Positions 24,651 to 38,517 are shown, numbered from the stretch's first letter. The stretch: 64,000 nt of DNA from Podarcis tiliguerta (GCA_965153285.1 OZ229111.1), one strand, 5' to 3'. Made by a program: numbers and translations. The notes: generated by a model from the sequence alone, not told the origin.

Positions 24651-26100
24651 CAGTACTTGCTAAACCAAAATAGCCGCTAGGTCCTTAGAGAAAGGGTGGG
24701 GAATAAATGTGAGAAATAAATCGTTACTGCTGCAAGGTAAATGGGATAACAAGATGTACAGTGAAAAGAAGTGACTTGCCTAGTGCAATCAAAAGTGACA
24801 AAGAGCAACTTAGGCCTTGTGGCACTGCTCTGGTAAAACCAGCCTAGACTAGGAGACCAAAAAGGCCTCTGCAGAACAGTAAGCAAACAAATCTCTTGCC
24901 AATTTGGTCACCAAATGCAGTAGTTTGGTATCAACACAGCCCAGCTGAACTCAGCAGGACTTACTTCTTAAATGTGCATAGAATTGTGTTCTACTGAAGT
25001 CAAAACATACTTGGGAACCCAGCAGAGAAGTGATTCCCAGATTATTACTGCTCCCCCAAAACAAGTTGCAACAAATTTGTTTTATGTGTTACTCATCCAT
25101 GACACTGAACATTTGTTGTGAATATTCTGCGTGCCAGGATTAAAAGCAGCATCCCTTAACTAGTAATTGGGACCTGTTCAGATATTGCTTCACCATCGAA
25201 TTCTATATAGGGCAAGATCAAAAGCGGGCTCTGAACTTGTGTGCTCCCTCCACCACCTCTCCCCCTCATTAAAGGTAGAAGGTAATTAACAAACTATGCA
25301 GTAAGAGGAGCATCAGTGTGAACAGCACTTACATTTATCCCAACATCCAACTGTTTGACTATAACTGGTGTGCCCCGAGTCATATAGATCATTTTGATTC
25401 AACTCCAGATTGACAGTTTATCCTCATAATTACAAATTAGACATGAACTGGAGGGTTCATGGCTGAACAACCATGACTACACCTTGGGCTAAAGAGCTGC
25501 TCCATTTAACCAGGGCCTCGAACAGATGTGTGGAGATTGGTAGATTTGGAAAACAGGGGTGACATGTATGGCTTAGTGATTCCAGAAACAGCAGCATCTG
25601 AGGTCACATCTCAGACATGCAATACTCCTTTTAAAAACTAATCTTGACCAGGGATGGCTCTCCTGGTCATGTGGAGCTACTGCAGCAGCCTCCTACTGTT
25701 GATGCTTAGCAGGAAGAACAGGAGGCAGTGAGGTGAGAACATGGCAGACACACCAGCAAAGCCAATCTGGTGCTCCCACTGCTGCTTCTGTGCAGCCATG
25801 ACTTTGCCATCTCCTCAGCCCTCCCAGTGAAGGACATCGCTGAAGCTCTGCCCCCTGGGGAGCCACTCCAGCCCAAGAGACCTTGATGGAACAAATAATC
25901 ATGACTTAACTACTGGCGGGGGGCGCAGTATGTGGCCGTGAAATAAATAAAGCATTTGCCTGGCTATCTGCCTCAACCAGATGCCATGGGGTTTTCTCAT
26001 ACAGTATGATTTGTTTTCACCTCTAGCTTTTCTTCTCCTGTAGCTGCTTCATAACACCACAATGGTTCTTTACTTTCTGAATATCTTTATTAATTCTTTT

Positions 26101-26146
26101 AAAATAAATAAAATAAAATAAAAAAATAAAATAAAATAAAATAAAA
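26101..26146. repeat. (AAAAT)n simple repeat
   Basis: Seen directly. Confidence 0.9.
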
Positions 26147-26264
26147 TGCATGTATTCTGAAAGGTGGATAAGGGTGATTGGTTCCATGTGCCTACCAAAC
26201 AGCAACTATGCAGGAATGCACTATGAAGTGCCATACAACTGGAAGCCAGCGGCCATTTCAGGTA

Positions 26265-26523
26265 CCGTATTTTTTGCTCTATAAGACGCACCAGACCACA
26301 AGATGCACCTAGTTTTTGGAGGAGGAAAACAAGAAAAAAAATATTCTGAATCCCTGAAGCTAGAACAGCAAGAGGGATCGCTGTGCAGCAAAAGCAGCGA
26401 TCCCTCTTCCTGTTCTGGCTTCTGGGATAGCTGCACAGCCTGAATTCGCTCCATAAGACGCACACACATTTCCCCTTACTTTTTAGGAGGGAAAAGGTGA
26501 CTCTTATAGAGCAAAAAATACGG
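26265..26523. mobile_element. Tc1/mariner (Tc2-like) MITE
   Basis: Perfect 22-bp TIR CCGTATTTTTTGCTCTATAAGA..TCTTATAGAGCAAAAAATACGG with TA duplication (26263-64, 26524-25). Internal hairpin AAGAGGGATCGCTG..CAGCGATCCCTCTT. Confidence 0.9.
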
Positions 26524-26613
26524 TATTTCAAATCTTCACTACACAACTGTCCTTGGGGAAACATTTGTGTGGAGCATGCAATATATGGCCCAGGATATCC
26601 ACAAAAAAAGACA

Positions 26614-26854
26614 CAGTCGTACCTTAGAAGTCGAACAGCTTAGTTCCCAAACGTTTTGGCTCCCAAAAGTTGCAAACCCAGAAGTGACTGTTCCAGTTTG
26701 CGAACTATTTTTGGAAGCCGAACATCTGATGGGGCTTCCAATTGGCTACAGGAGCTTCCTGCAGCCAATCAGAAGCCATGCTTCGGTTTTTGAATGCTTT
26801 GGAAGTCAAGTGGACTTCAAGAACAGATTCCGTTCAACTTCCAAGGTACAACTG
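26614..26854. mobile_element. Tigger-like MITE, family B
   Basis: CAGTCGTACCTT..AAGGTACAACTG followed by TA. The internal sequence is homologous to 8507-8720. Confidence 0.85.
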
Positions 26855-29800
26855 TACAGACTCCTGGTTATGTTTCATGCCTTAGGCACAGCCCATTTTC
26901 CGTTGCTGCAACTAGTGATCACTTCTGGCTAGCTGTTACTATATTTGCAGACCGTGCTTGTTGCATCAAGGCCAGTCAGGGCACATTTCTGAATGGCTGC
27001 AACAGCCCTGACACACTCAAGGAAGCTTCAGAAGCAATATTTTTTAAAAAATGTTAGTTTTAATAGCTGCAGGGTCACCTGATGTATGTTTCTGAGCACA
27101 CACATACAATACAGTAAGCATGCACTTAACTGTGTATTGCATAAATGTGGCAACCACACGTGTACCATACCAATCTGCTTGCCAGGGAACAGTTGTTGGC
27201 CAAAAATTCTGGTATTCTCTGTAACAAACCCACCTAGGCTTGACCCTGAGTAGTAATATTATGATGTTGTTATTGTTGCTGTTGTTCTTATTAAAATTTA
27301 TTACTCCCCCTTCATCCAAAGGTCCCAGGGCAGTTTACAACAATTAAAACACTGCATGAGAAATTGCCAGAGGTGCGGGGGGGGGGGGTAAGCCAATAGC
27401 TGAACTATGAAGCTGGTGCATGGTTGAAAAATGGTTCAATCCACCTCCTGAGTATTCGGTATCATGAATGCTAACCAGCAGGAACAAATGTGTTTTCTTA
27501 TTTTATATACAAACTGTTCCTCTTTAATGTGCTAGATAGGCATGCTACATCATTCCATATACTAATTCCCTTATGCAAATCCTTAATTTTATTATGGCAA
27601 ATGCATTAGTCAGTCATCTTCTCTCTACCTACATTCTAGTATAAAGCCTTCGTGGCCAATGCCCATAAACAAATCAGCTTATTAAAGTGGGAAGGTAGTT
27701 CTGCTAGCAGTCTTCAATGAAATCTCACATTGTTATTTGCTGCCACCTTGATTCACTCAGGAATTATCTTACAAAAATAGCACAACTCAAAAAATAATAA
27801 TGAAACACACTGTAAAAGGGATGTTTTTCATTTTCTGATAATTATAGCTGCTTATTAAATGTATCTGGCAAAATGATTTAGAGCTTTGCCAAATCTTATG
27901 ACTTTCACAGACATGGGAAGGGGCTAGTGATATTATCTTGGGGGGGGGGAGAGAAATCCTAGGAAAGAATGAAAAGTATTCCGAAATCATACCCACTGGT
28001 AAACCATCAAAATATCATTCAATGAAAGTAAAAGCTGTGATCCTATCTACAAGCAACACTATGGATAAAAACAAGCATGCTAGTAAGTCCCCTTGCACTG
28101 GTGGGGTCTGAAGGCATGACAATGCAGCAGGTGTGCTGGTGTGCTGTTGTACAAGAAGCAAAAATAGACAGAGCAGTGGGGGGGGGGGGAATGAATCCCA
28201 CACTCACTCCGATATCATTTCTCACCCTGAGAGACAACGGTATGGAATGGTATATAAAATCTGCAGATGAGGTGACAGAAGTTTAGAAACTCCCACTGAA
28301 GTCAATAGAGATCCCAAAATGTCTGGAAACAAACATCTCTGAATCATAGCTCCCTCAACTATTGGAAGCATTCTTCTCCCACTCCCGCCCCGAAAAATCT
28401 TCTGTGCAAGGTAGACAAAAGGGCAATCCACCAAAGAACCCATCTCTGTGCATGAATGGCATGTACTAAGCCGCCATGACTATGATCCTTAAAATCAAGT
28501 GTTGTAGCAGGGAGCAATATAGGATTTTAAATGTTAATAAACTTTCCCATGAAGTCCTCCAACTTTTCAATGGGCATCAATAACCACTGGTCTGTTTACA
28601 TTGCAACCAAATTACATATGGGCTCCAGCTGCCATCTATACACCAAGGACACTATGATCCCTCTTTGGTAGACATCTCACCATCTCTCCGTTATTAGTGA
28701 GAATCAGTGCCATTGTGGTATTTGTTATCAGAAAATGAATTATTATAGTTTATTGGTGGGTGTGGGAGGAGAGCAACACTTTCCACACTTTTTAACCAAG
28801 GAGTGCAAATGAATAGTTGTCTGTTTCATTGCTGAAAGAATTCTGAAAATATTGCCGCTTTGATAATTAGATAAATAATTCCAGATGCTTTTGTATTAGT
28901 AATTTGGCTCCAGTTAATGTATTGCTCCATCCTTCCCCCTTTCAAAGCTTATTTTCATACACTTTTGGCAACACGGATACCAATTCTCAAACACGAGCTG
29001 GCTCATTAAATTGAAATTAACAATGTGTTAGAAACCTTATCCCTCGTTTTTAAAAGAGCTTGAGAGAGAGAGAGAGAGAGTTGGCATCTAAAGTCTACTA
29101 CCAGAGAAATACCTTTGGTTTGGAACACTTCCAGCTCTACCAAGAGCACTGTCTAGAATGGAATATCTCAGCTGGTGGCATGTTTGAGAGAGTTAAAATG
29201 TGATGCATTTCTGAACTCATCTCTGTGCCCTATGAGATTAGGAGTTGGGCTTAGGCTTACGTGCTCCCTTTCCTGCCCTGTTCCCATCCTCCCCAAGCCT
29301 CCCCAGGAATCATAACCTATATTAGCTAATGCACGTGTGCTTTCTATGCATTGTGAAGAGGGTGGGGAAGAGGCGTGGAAAAGTATTGTGCAAACAGTCC
29401 TGCCTGTGTCTCCCTCCTTTAAGACTTTGGGTCAAAAGAATTCACAGGACTACAGTAATGGCCCAAGAATTTTAAGCTGAGAGACACTGACTTGGCTCAA
29501 GGCCACCCAGTGAGCTTTGTGGCTCAGCGGGGATTTCACTCTGCATCTCTCACATTCAGTCCCAGCACTTTATCCACTTCATCACAGGAATGAAACTTAA
29601 AACCCTTACCATGATTGTTTACTATCCATCCTAGCCACAACGAACAATGCCTGTAGAAGTGAGTCAGAAAACAGGTTTTCTCTTTTGATTTGCCTGGATT
29701 CAATTCTAAGCTGCTCTGTTACTTTCTGCAAGTCCACCACAGACTCGCCATGGACCAGGAAAGCTTTTCTTGTTATCACATGCGCAGCAATGGGAATTAT

Positions 29801-31607
29801 TTATTCTTGCGATAGCTATATTATCCTATTTTAAAATCGCATGTGCCCATTTGCATATGCGCACGTGGTTGTTTTAACTCATTGAAATTTCAGCGCATCA
29901 AGCAACAACACGTGCCACAATTCTCTTCTGAATAAGAAATGCAGGAGGTTCTCAGCAAGCTGCAAACCATGTCACTTGCAAAGCTGACTTCATTGCAACC
30001 TATTCCAACTGTACTAAGTGACAGCATGTGCCCCCCCCCCAATTTTGATCCACAAAAATGAACACTACAAATCCCATTATGCATTGAGCCTTCACAACAA
30101 ATATGAACATGCATGCAGCTTGGCCACATTCCTATGCAGCTCTGAAAATTCCACAGGAAATCTGTTCCGGGGGAGGTGTCTGAAGATACATTTTTAACAG
30201 GTTAAAAATAAATAAACAAACAGGAAGACTAAGCTGCCATCCAGTAGACAGCATTCCTAAAATAGATCCCAAGCTGTTATTGGTGTATTAAAATAGCCTG
30301 ACACTCAGCCGACTAGTTAAGTCCAAAAAGTGTTGGTGTTCATGCCTTTCCCACTTTTAACATTTCTAGAAAAAATTGACAGGCTGAACAAATGAATTAT
30401 TTAAGTCTGAACTCCAGTCCATCATCCAGAATATAACTGCCACGCAGAGTCCTTGAGAATAAAATCACTTGCGACCTACAGCAATGTCTCCGAGGGATAA
30501 TCGGGAGTCTATTATTAAAACACAAGAGATTAAGGGGAACATTTTCAGTATTTTATGGAATGGCTTATGGATACAAATCGAATCAAGACACTGAGCAACA
30601 AGTAAAGATTTGGTTCCATTCCAACAAAAACAAAGGGACAGATTTTTGGGGTGAGGGGATTGGATGACAAAAAGCAATTTTGCTGTATTGTAAATATCAG
30701 CAATGTTCAGTGATATTAGTTGCATATTTGCTGCTCGATGCACCAGCTGTTAATGCCTATTCTTCAGAGAAACCATTAATGAGAAAGGCCCTTCTGAGTG
30801 GTAGGAATGGATTGGGCAGTAGGGGGAACTGAATACTCACTTGTCAGGCTTTGGGACCAAGGAGATACTGCATACGTAAATCAGTTCTTGAAAACAGAGT
30901 GGAGTTTTAAGGGGGCACTGGATGCCAGTCATGATCTATGCCCCCTCTTTGCTGCAGACAATGTGAGTGTGGAGTAAGGGGCACGTTTCTGCATATGTGA
31001 TGGGAGGGAAGCGTAATAATTTGTGGGATGGAACTTCTCAGAGATAGTGTGTACTGCCAACAGAAGCTAAATCCAAATCTGTTTTTACAGTCCTAGACTG
31101 GCTGTTGTTACTGAGATCCTGGTGGCCTGAAATGTATGGCTTGTGGACTCTGATTGGTTTTTGGGGTGGGGGTGTCAAAAGTTGTGTAACTCTGAGCTAG
31201 ACCAGAGTTACTAACATTAAAAGGACTAGGATTCATTATCGAAGCAACATAAAGTTTCCAGAAGTGTTTCAATTAAAAATGCATGCATTTGCAACCACCT
31301 ATTAAAAGACAAGAGGAACTGTATTTGGTGGGTGTGCGCACTCATGCATCTGCTATGTGCTTCAAATCCTGTACAGCTGATTAGAATTCTATGAAATCTG
31401 ACCTATAAAAATATTAACGAGGCTACTCACAGAGATGAATTCAGGCAAGAAATGTACATTGCCATTAAAAAAATATGGTATCATTTGCACAGCTTTATAC
31501 AGAATGGGAATGACTAGAAACAATAATTCAAACTTACATGTTTACAGGGTAGGAGAGGGAAGCTACACCCGAGGCCAGTGCATACATGAAAGCTGCAGTC
31601 CTAAGTA

Positions 31608-31849
31608 CAGTGGTACCTCGGGTTACATACGCTTCAGGTTACATACGCTTCAGGTTACAGACTCTGCTAACCCAGAAATAGTGCTTCAGGTTAAGAACTT
31701 TGCTTCAGGATGAGAACAGAAATCGTGCTCTGGCGGCCCGGCGGCAGCAGGAGGCCCCATTAGCTAAAGTGGTGCTTCAGGTTAAGAACAGTTTCAGGTT
31801 AAGAACGGACCTCCGGAACGAATTAAGTACTTAACCCGAGGTACCACTG
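31608..31849. mobile_element. Tigger-like MITE, family A (opposite orientation to 8296)
   Basis: TIR CAGTGGTACCTCGGGTTA..TAACCCGAGGTACCACTG with TA on both sides. Internal 16-bp tandem duplication GGTTACATACGCTTCA. Confidence 0.92.
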
Positions 31850-32347
31850 TACATTTACTTGGGAATAAACCCCAATTAATTCAATGGTTTGAAGCTGGCC
31901 TGTTTCAAACAAACCATAGCTAAGATTGGCAAACTGGCTGAAGTTTTAGTTTATAAAAACCACCACCACCACCACCACCAGAAGCAAAACCTTATAATCT
32001 GCTCATTGCAGCCATGTTTGAGGAGAGAGGAGGGAGAGTACACAAGCCCAAGGTTTGTTGCAGACTGTTGTCATCACGATAAACAATGGTTCATCTTGAT
32101 ACTTGAACCACCTCACCAGTTACTAAGGTGAAATCCAAGAATTATAGAGGATACTGATTTCACAACCTGTCACACCCAGGAAAAAAGTCCTCATCAAGCA
32201 TCCCTGTTTCGAAAGTATTAACACACCAGACCTTGATGCTGTTGTAATACACTGTCTAGTGAAAACACTAATCAAGAACAGTTGCTCAGTGACCCAGAAT
32301 GTACTTACAAACAGATTCATATTACACATGGAGTATACACAGAAAAG

Positions 32348-32714
32348 GGGACGCGGGTGGCACTGTGGGTAAAACCTCAGTGCCTAGGACTTGCCGATCG
32401 TATGGTCGGCGGTTCGAATCCCCGTGGCGGGGTGAGCTCCCGTCGTTTGGTCCCAGCTCCTGCCCACCTAGCAGTTCGAAAGCACTCTTAAGTGCAAGTA
32501 GATAAACAGGGACCGCTTTATAGCGGGAAGGTAAACGGTGTTTCCGTGTGCTGCGCTGGTGCTGGCTCGCCAGCTGCAGCTTCGTCATGCCGCCCACGTG
32601 ACCCGGAAGTGTCTTCGGATGGCATCGGCTCACGGCCTCTAGAGCGAGATGAACACACAACCCTAGAGTCGGACACGACTGGCCCATACGGGCAGGGGTA
32701 CCTTTACCTTTACC
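32348..32714 (+). mobile_element. Full-length Sauria SINE
   Basis: GGGACGCGGGTGGC head, B box GGTTCGAATCC, Bov-B-like tail GAGTCGGACACGACT and an (ACCTTT)n end. 15-bp TSD TATACACAGAAAAGG (32334-48, 32715-29). Confidence 0.93.
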
Positions 32715-35700
32715 TATACACAGAAAAGGCACTGCCAGAAAGTTGTGACTGTTTGCAAAGCATTTTAAGGTCTTTCAGTACAGTACTGCAAAAAGGGGGA
32801 TATAGCTATCATTAACCATAAGCAGTTCCAATTCCTTTTTAACAGAAACAAGTTTCCAATTGAACATTTCCCCGCATTAATAAAAAGTCGCTTTATAAAG
32901 AGTAAGACCACTGCTTCAGCTCAGCTGGACCAGGGGCCATCTAGTTCTCTAGAACCTTAAGCAGAGGTTCTCTGGTATGGAGGTACCCTGCTATGGATAT
33001 CCTTTTTTAACTGGAACTTAATGTTTCCAAGCCGTGGTTTCTACCACTGAACTCTACCATTTTATTCAGCTGATTCACGAGTGGCATTCAACAAGTGCAG
33101 GTTCCCTGCATGCCTGAGAACCCTGCATGATCAGGGATCTCAATCACATGGGGAGCCAGGATCCCCACTTCAGATCTTCAGCCCTAATGGAAGTGTGGAG
33201 TGGTGAGGGCTAGGATTAGCAGGAGATGTGACTCTGGGGGCAGAGCCATGTTGTGGGCCCTATTCTGTCTGACTCTTTCTCCCCGACATGATTTGGAGAA
33301 ACTATTGAAGGGGACTATCAATTCAAATTGTTGCAGCCATTTGGTCTCTTTAAAAAATGCAGTGAACTTCTCTGCAAAAAAAAATAAAGAAATAGCAGAA
33401 CTTTAACAGAAAAGGATGATGAAGAAACGATTGCCTAGCATGAGCAATATAGCTGTCAGGGCAGACAATCTGGAGGCAAATGGGTTCAAGCAAGACAGGT
33501 TTCACAGTGATGATACTGAATGGTGGTGGAGAGCGGGTCAGTGGGTATCATCTCTGGAATGCCAGCACAATGGTGCAAAGAGTAAGGCACTGGGAGCCTG
33601 CCTTCCCAAATTCATGATGCAAGACGCCTGTGCCAAAATTTTGGCAGGTAAGAGACACAATGATAATGGAGAGCAAAGAAATTAATACATGGTATGAAGC
33701 AGACTTTAAATGGGAACAAGAGAGAGGATTGTGGCTGGATCAAACGGGCTCAGACCCAAGAAAACCATCAAGAAATCACTTCTTCCTTTGTATTCAGTAA
33801 CAGTAATGGGAGCACTCTTACTTCTTGACCAAGTGGTTTCAAGGGGGCTTTCACTATCATAATTTAAATATATATATATATAAATATCTTTAAATAAATC
33901 CGTCTTGCCTTCCCTACCCCAAGCTTCAGAATTCAGGAGCACTAGAAATATGTCCCACAACCTATTTTTCAGTCTGGGGCACGCACACCTAGAGGCAATG
34001 AGGAAGTAGGCTGTCAGTTTATAGATACCCAAGCTTAAAGATGAAAAGAAAAGCAAAAAAAATATTTCCCTTCAGAAGCCAATGACTTCATTGCTGGGAG
34101 AGGAGGAGGAACAGGCAGAGAAATTATCTTGCTTCCGTCTTTCCCTCCCAGGGGAAAAAAATTATCTGTGCATCATCTAAACATTTGCTAACTAAGGAAG
34201 ATTATTTGTCTATGGCATGTAGCGGAATTATTTCCTAAATGTGTCATGACATGCTATTGCCTGTGTTTGTGGCTTCCAGACCTTGGTATGGCTCTTTTCC
34301 CCTCTAGGAATTTCCAATGTAAATCACTGTCAAGAATGACAGCATTAGCACAACAGAACACAGGGCATTTGTCTCCTTGCTGGCTTAAAACCCCACGGCC
34401 TTCATTTTCACTTTCAGAGAGGCATTTACGCTGTCCCATTATGAAGAGACCTTAAAGAGGGGGCAATTGCCCATTTTTGTTTGAGCAAGCATTAGGTCAT
34501 CTGTGCTGTTTATTTGAGCAAATTGAAAAGAAAACATTAAGAGGAAGACAACCACTAAGGTCTGAGATTCCAAATGTTGCAGTGGAAGGATGTGGTATAA
34601 CTGGTAAAAAAGAAGAAGAAGAAGAAAGTTGCTGCTTTGTTCATGTACAGGTTCTGTAAGTCACATATTCTTACCTCATTCACCACATGTCACCTCAACA
34701 GCTTTAAGGCCCTCCCTAGGTGTGTATACTGTAGGAATGGGGACACTGCAGAAAAAAGGGGAGTAGTTGCTAAGTTGCATGGCAGAGCCATCCCTCTCTA
34801 AGGAGTAGCCAAATCCCTCTTGTAAGTAGGGTGTGGGATTTTCCAAGGCTTCTTTGGCATGATGGTTTTGTGACTATTTTCAGATGGCACAAAATCAATC
34901 CAAATAATCTACTCATTTATTAGACACGGGCAGCTTTGTAAAGCCCTGAAGCACCTGCTCCTTATTCAACTGGTCCAGGGTAGTCACTCTGGAAAAAAAG
35001 AAGATTAGAGCGACTGTTCAAGGGCCAACTATGTAGCTACTTCATCTTTATGGGGGAAACGTGGTTTCAGACATCACAAAGTCTCCCTACAGCAGTTCTA
35101 ACATCAGCTAACCAGGACTGACTTTGTAACATCTGAAAGAAAATTTCCGAAGAGTCTGAAACCCCTCCATAAATTCAGTTTTTATTTGAAGCCTACTTTT
35201 GAACAAAACAGAAAACATATTTCCAGGGTCTCACATGTACAGACTGTTGAGGGTGCATGTTTTTGTCATAAAGCGAAACGTGCAAAGTGTTGTTTATAGC
35301 CAGAAGTCATAAACTCTGTGTTTGAAATCCGCCTTCCTCTTTTGAATGGGACTATCATCTAGCATATGACAGAAAGTGGAAAACACCTGGACAAGTGATT
35401 ATGCCCCTGGGGTATTCAGAGAAGGAACAATACATGCATACATCCCCTGTCCCTCCTTCCTGTTTGCTGCCATAAAGACAGCCGTCAGTGTCACTATTTA
35501 TATTCCACACTCCTGGTTCTCTCTATTGCCTGCGCTAACTACAGTCATTTATGGCAAGTGGCTATGCTACCCATTCTTAAAATGTGGTCACAACTGAGAT
35601 ACAACAGACTTGCAAGGTGGTAGCAACACTCTTGAAAAGTCACTCCTTATTTTGAAACTTAGCTTAGGAGATAAAAGCTGCCTTGATATGTTCCTATGGA

Positions 35701-38360
35701 AGTGGGACTCTTTTTTTTGGCCTATGAGAAAATGTAAGAAGTTGCAAACTGAAATGGCCACTTGACAGGAAATAATGGGCACTTTAGATGCACCTGCATT
35801 ACTGACACAGGAAGCTGTGGTTTTCATCTCGACTCACTAATTTAGAATGATGTGCAGATGGCTGAGCAAGGATGGATGCAGGAAAGGGATAGAAGCACAG
35901 ATGAACTCTGCTGGGTGGCACCCTATCCACAGCCACCAGAGAAGGGCCACGTCCTGCAGAACTGTGAAAGGTGCTCCTGTGTAGTTTGAGATGGTCAGGT
36001 CTACCAGCAGCAGACATTCTGGAGCTGGAAAGGGATTCAGGTGGCCTCCCTAAGTGATGGGTTGAACACACTGAATGACTGCAGTAGGCAATAGCATGTG
36101 ACTGGCTATCTGAGATCACCTGATTCCCAAGTGCAGGACACTTCCAGGCTGCGCTGCATCAAACTTATTTCATCGTCTCAGACCACTGACCCTTGCAAGA
36201 GTGGCTAAAAAGTACATCAGGATCTACTTGTACGTTGTAGGATGATTTGTAGTAAAATGGCATTTCTAATGCCCCTAAATAGGATATCCCCTCAAATACA
36301 TTGAAATCTCTCTTTTGTAGTTCCTTGGATATAGATTTATACTTGCATATAGAGATTATTCAAGTGTATGGTTCATTGAGAGCAATAGTTAATTGAGGCT
36401 ACCTCTTAATCACCACTTTGCTTCTGGCTCTGGCCTCTGAGCCACAATTTTGCACCTAGTTCTGGTTGATGGATCTTGGGGTTCTAGTTACAACAGTCAA
36501 AAGTAGATCCTGCAAACCTTAGGTCTACCCATGACTGATGTAGGAAATCAGTGCCTGGTTTACTGAAGCCACTGCTTGAACCTTGGAAATCTGATAGGGC
36601 AGAACAAATGGGTTCAGTATAACCTTTGCCAAGAGTCAAGAGTTCTTCAGATGGTATTGTGAAATGCCAACAATGGCTTGATAGTGTGTGGCAGATGATT
36701 CAATTAGTTCAGAAAAGATGGTGGAATAATGAAGACTGAAGCACAACAACCCTAGGACTGGACACATTTCCTTACTCAAGAAAAATGCTTTTGGTTTATG
36801 CACAAGCATTTTTCTCCCCCTTTGAAGCACTTCCAGCTTCCATATGCAATCCCTTGGTCTCAGTATATCATTCAGAGTCCTCAGTCCAACGTGGAGTTGG
36901 GAACATTTAAGCCTTGATTTCAAAGACTTTATGGGTGCCCACCTCTGTGCTGGGCTGTGTCCAGAGCCGTTGGCTACCTCCTCAGTGGGGTGAAAGAGCA
37001 GATCACATTAAACAAACTGCTTGCCTGCAAAGTATACTTGCCAAAAAAAAAAAGTGAATCCGTTTAGTCTGTCTTTAAATAGGCACCTCCGGCCCAGGCA
37101 ACGTAAGGCTATCACTTTTCATCTTGACACAGCACCAAAATCAACCTTCAGCTCTAGAGCAGGACATTTACGACTACAGACTGTGGTTGTATATCAAAGT
37201 TGGTAAAAATAGATATTCCACCCAACATTTCTTTAAGGATTAAATAAACTTCAAATTCCATTTTTATGGCTTCCATTTTGGACGCGTTTAGATTCCTCAT
37301 TGAAGTTTGGTTGTTTTCCAGTCGTGTCATTCATCCCCCAACCTTCCCCAAATCCTTATGGAAGGAGATGAGTGCACAAAAGTTTATTTCATAACTTTCC
37401 TCCACCAACAGCTGTTGCTGCTGTCACTGCTGGACAAGCTGTGCTTCAGGCAGTTATTGACTTTACTAAAATATTTCCATCCTTTTTAGGGGGGAGGGGA
37501 GGAATTTCCTGCATGAAATCTGAAAACACCTTAATGCGCTTAAAATCCTCCTGAGCTCTTTCAACACACTGATTTTCACAGATTAACAGTGGGCTTCAGA
37601 ATTACATGTAACATCTTTTAAGTGCAGAAAGCCCCAGGATCTTTGATATCGATATCAAAGTTGACTTGAAAAGACACAGGAAAGAAAAAAGAAATGGCAA
37701 AATGCAGAGGCAGGGATGTTATTGGCCAACGCCTGCTCAAATGCTAGTCAGTTGCTTTTGCAGTATATCATGTGCAAGAGCAGCCTTGAATTAATTTAAA
37801 TAGGACCTTTTCCATTTGGGCTTCAGCGTTTAATAAGAAGCTAATAAGGATGCCAGAAGATGGGAGATTTGGGTTTGGAACTGTTCTCTGCCAGAATTCT
37901 TTTGCAGAATCTTGAACAATTACTTACTTAAGAGTTGTATTCTATCATAAAGTCTTAAGCCGGGTTATCACAGCACAAAGCCATAAATATCTGATCTACA
38001 AGATATACCATAAAAAAGGAAAGACAAAAGCCTATTCAACACCATTAACTTCTCAGCACCAGACACTCACTTAGGTATGTTGTGCCAATATGTCCCAATG
38101 ATAACACGTCTCAAAATCATGGGGTGTCTCACAGTCAGCTTCATCCATGAGGAGTCACAGGATGCCCAAGGAAAAAGCCAGATTCCCAGTGGAAATTTGT
38201 GCCCTTGTGGCAGCACACTTGTTGTGGCAATTACTTCCCTGAAGCTGCATGTACAGGCAGCCTGGACCGCATTATGGTTTCTATAAGAATGCATTCCTGG
38301 GGATGGTCAAATGTGCAATACATGGAGAACAATTTTAGAGTTTCAAGTGACCCTATATAA

Positions 38361-38517
38361 CAGGTACATCCAACTTCCAAGAGACTGCGATCTACTGATC
38401 TACTCCCACTATTAAAAAAAGGAGGATGAGCCAAAGTTGTTGAGCTTTTGGGGGGGGGGCATCGGGGTCCCGGGATTGACCAGGGACACCCCGCAATTGA
38501 CCTGTTGGACATCCCTG
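38361..38517. mobile_element. hAT MITE
   Basis: TIRs CAGGTACATCCAAC..GTTGGACATCCCTG and a perfect 8-bp TSD CTATATAA (38353-60, 38518-25). Confidence 0.85.

Noticed and set aside
25565-26003. Second solo LTR (TGTATG..CATACA with AATAAA near the end)
   Set aside because: The flanks show no matching TSD, so it cannot be supported without a library search.
26070-26564. 164-aa ORF, the longest in the track
   Set aside because: It runs across a MITE and an (AAAAT)n repeat, with no domain similarity.
32282-32815. Overlapping ORFs on both strands (also 47988-48257 and 56436-56642)
   Set aside because: These are by-products of GC-rich Sauria SINE sequence.
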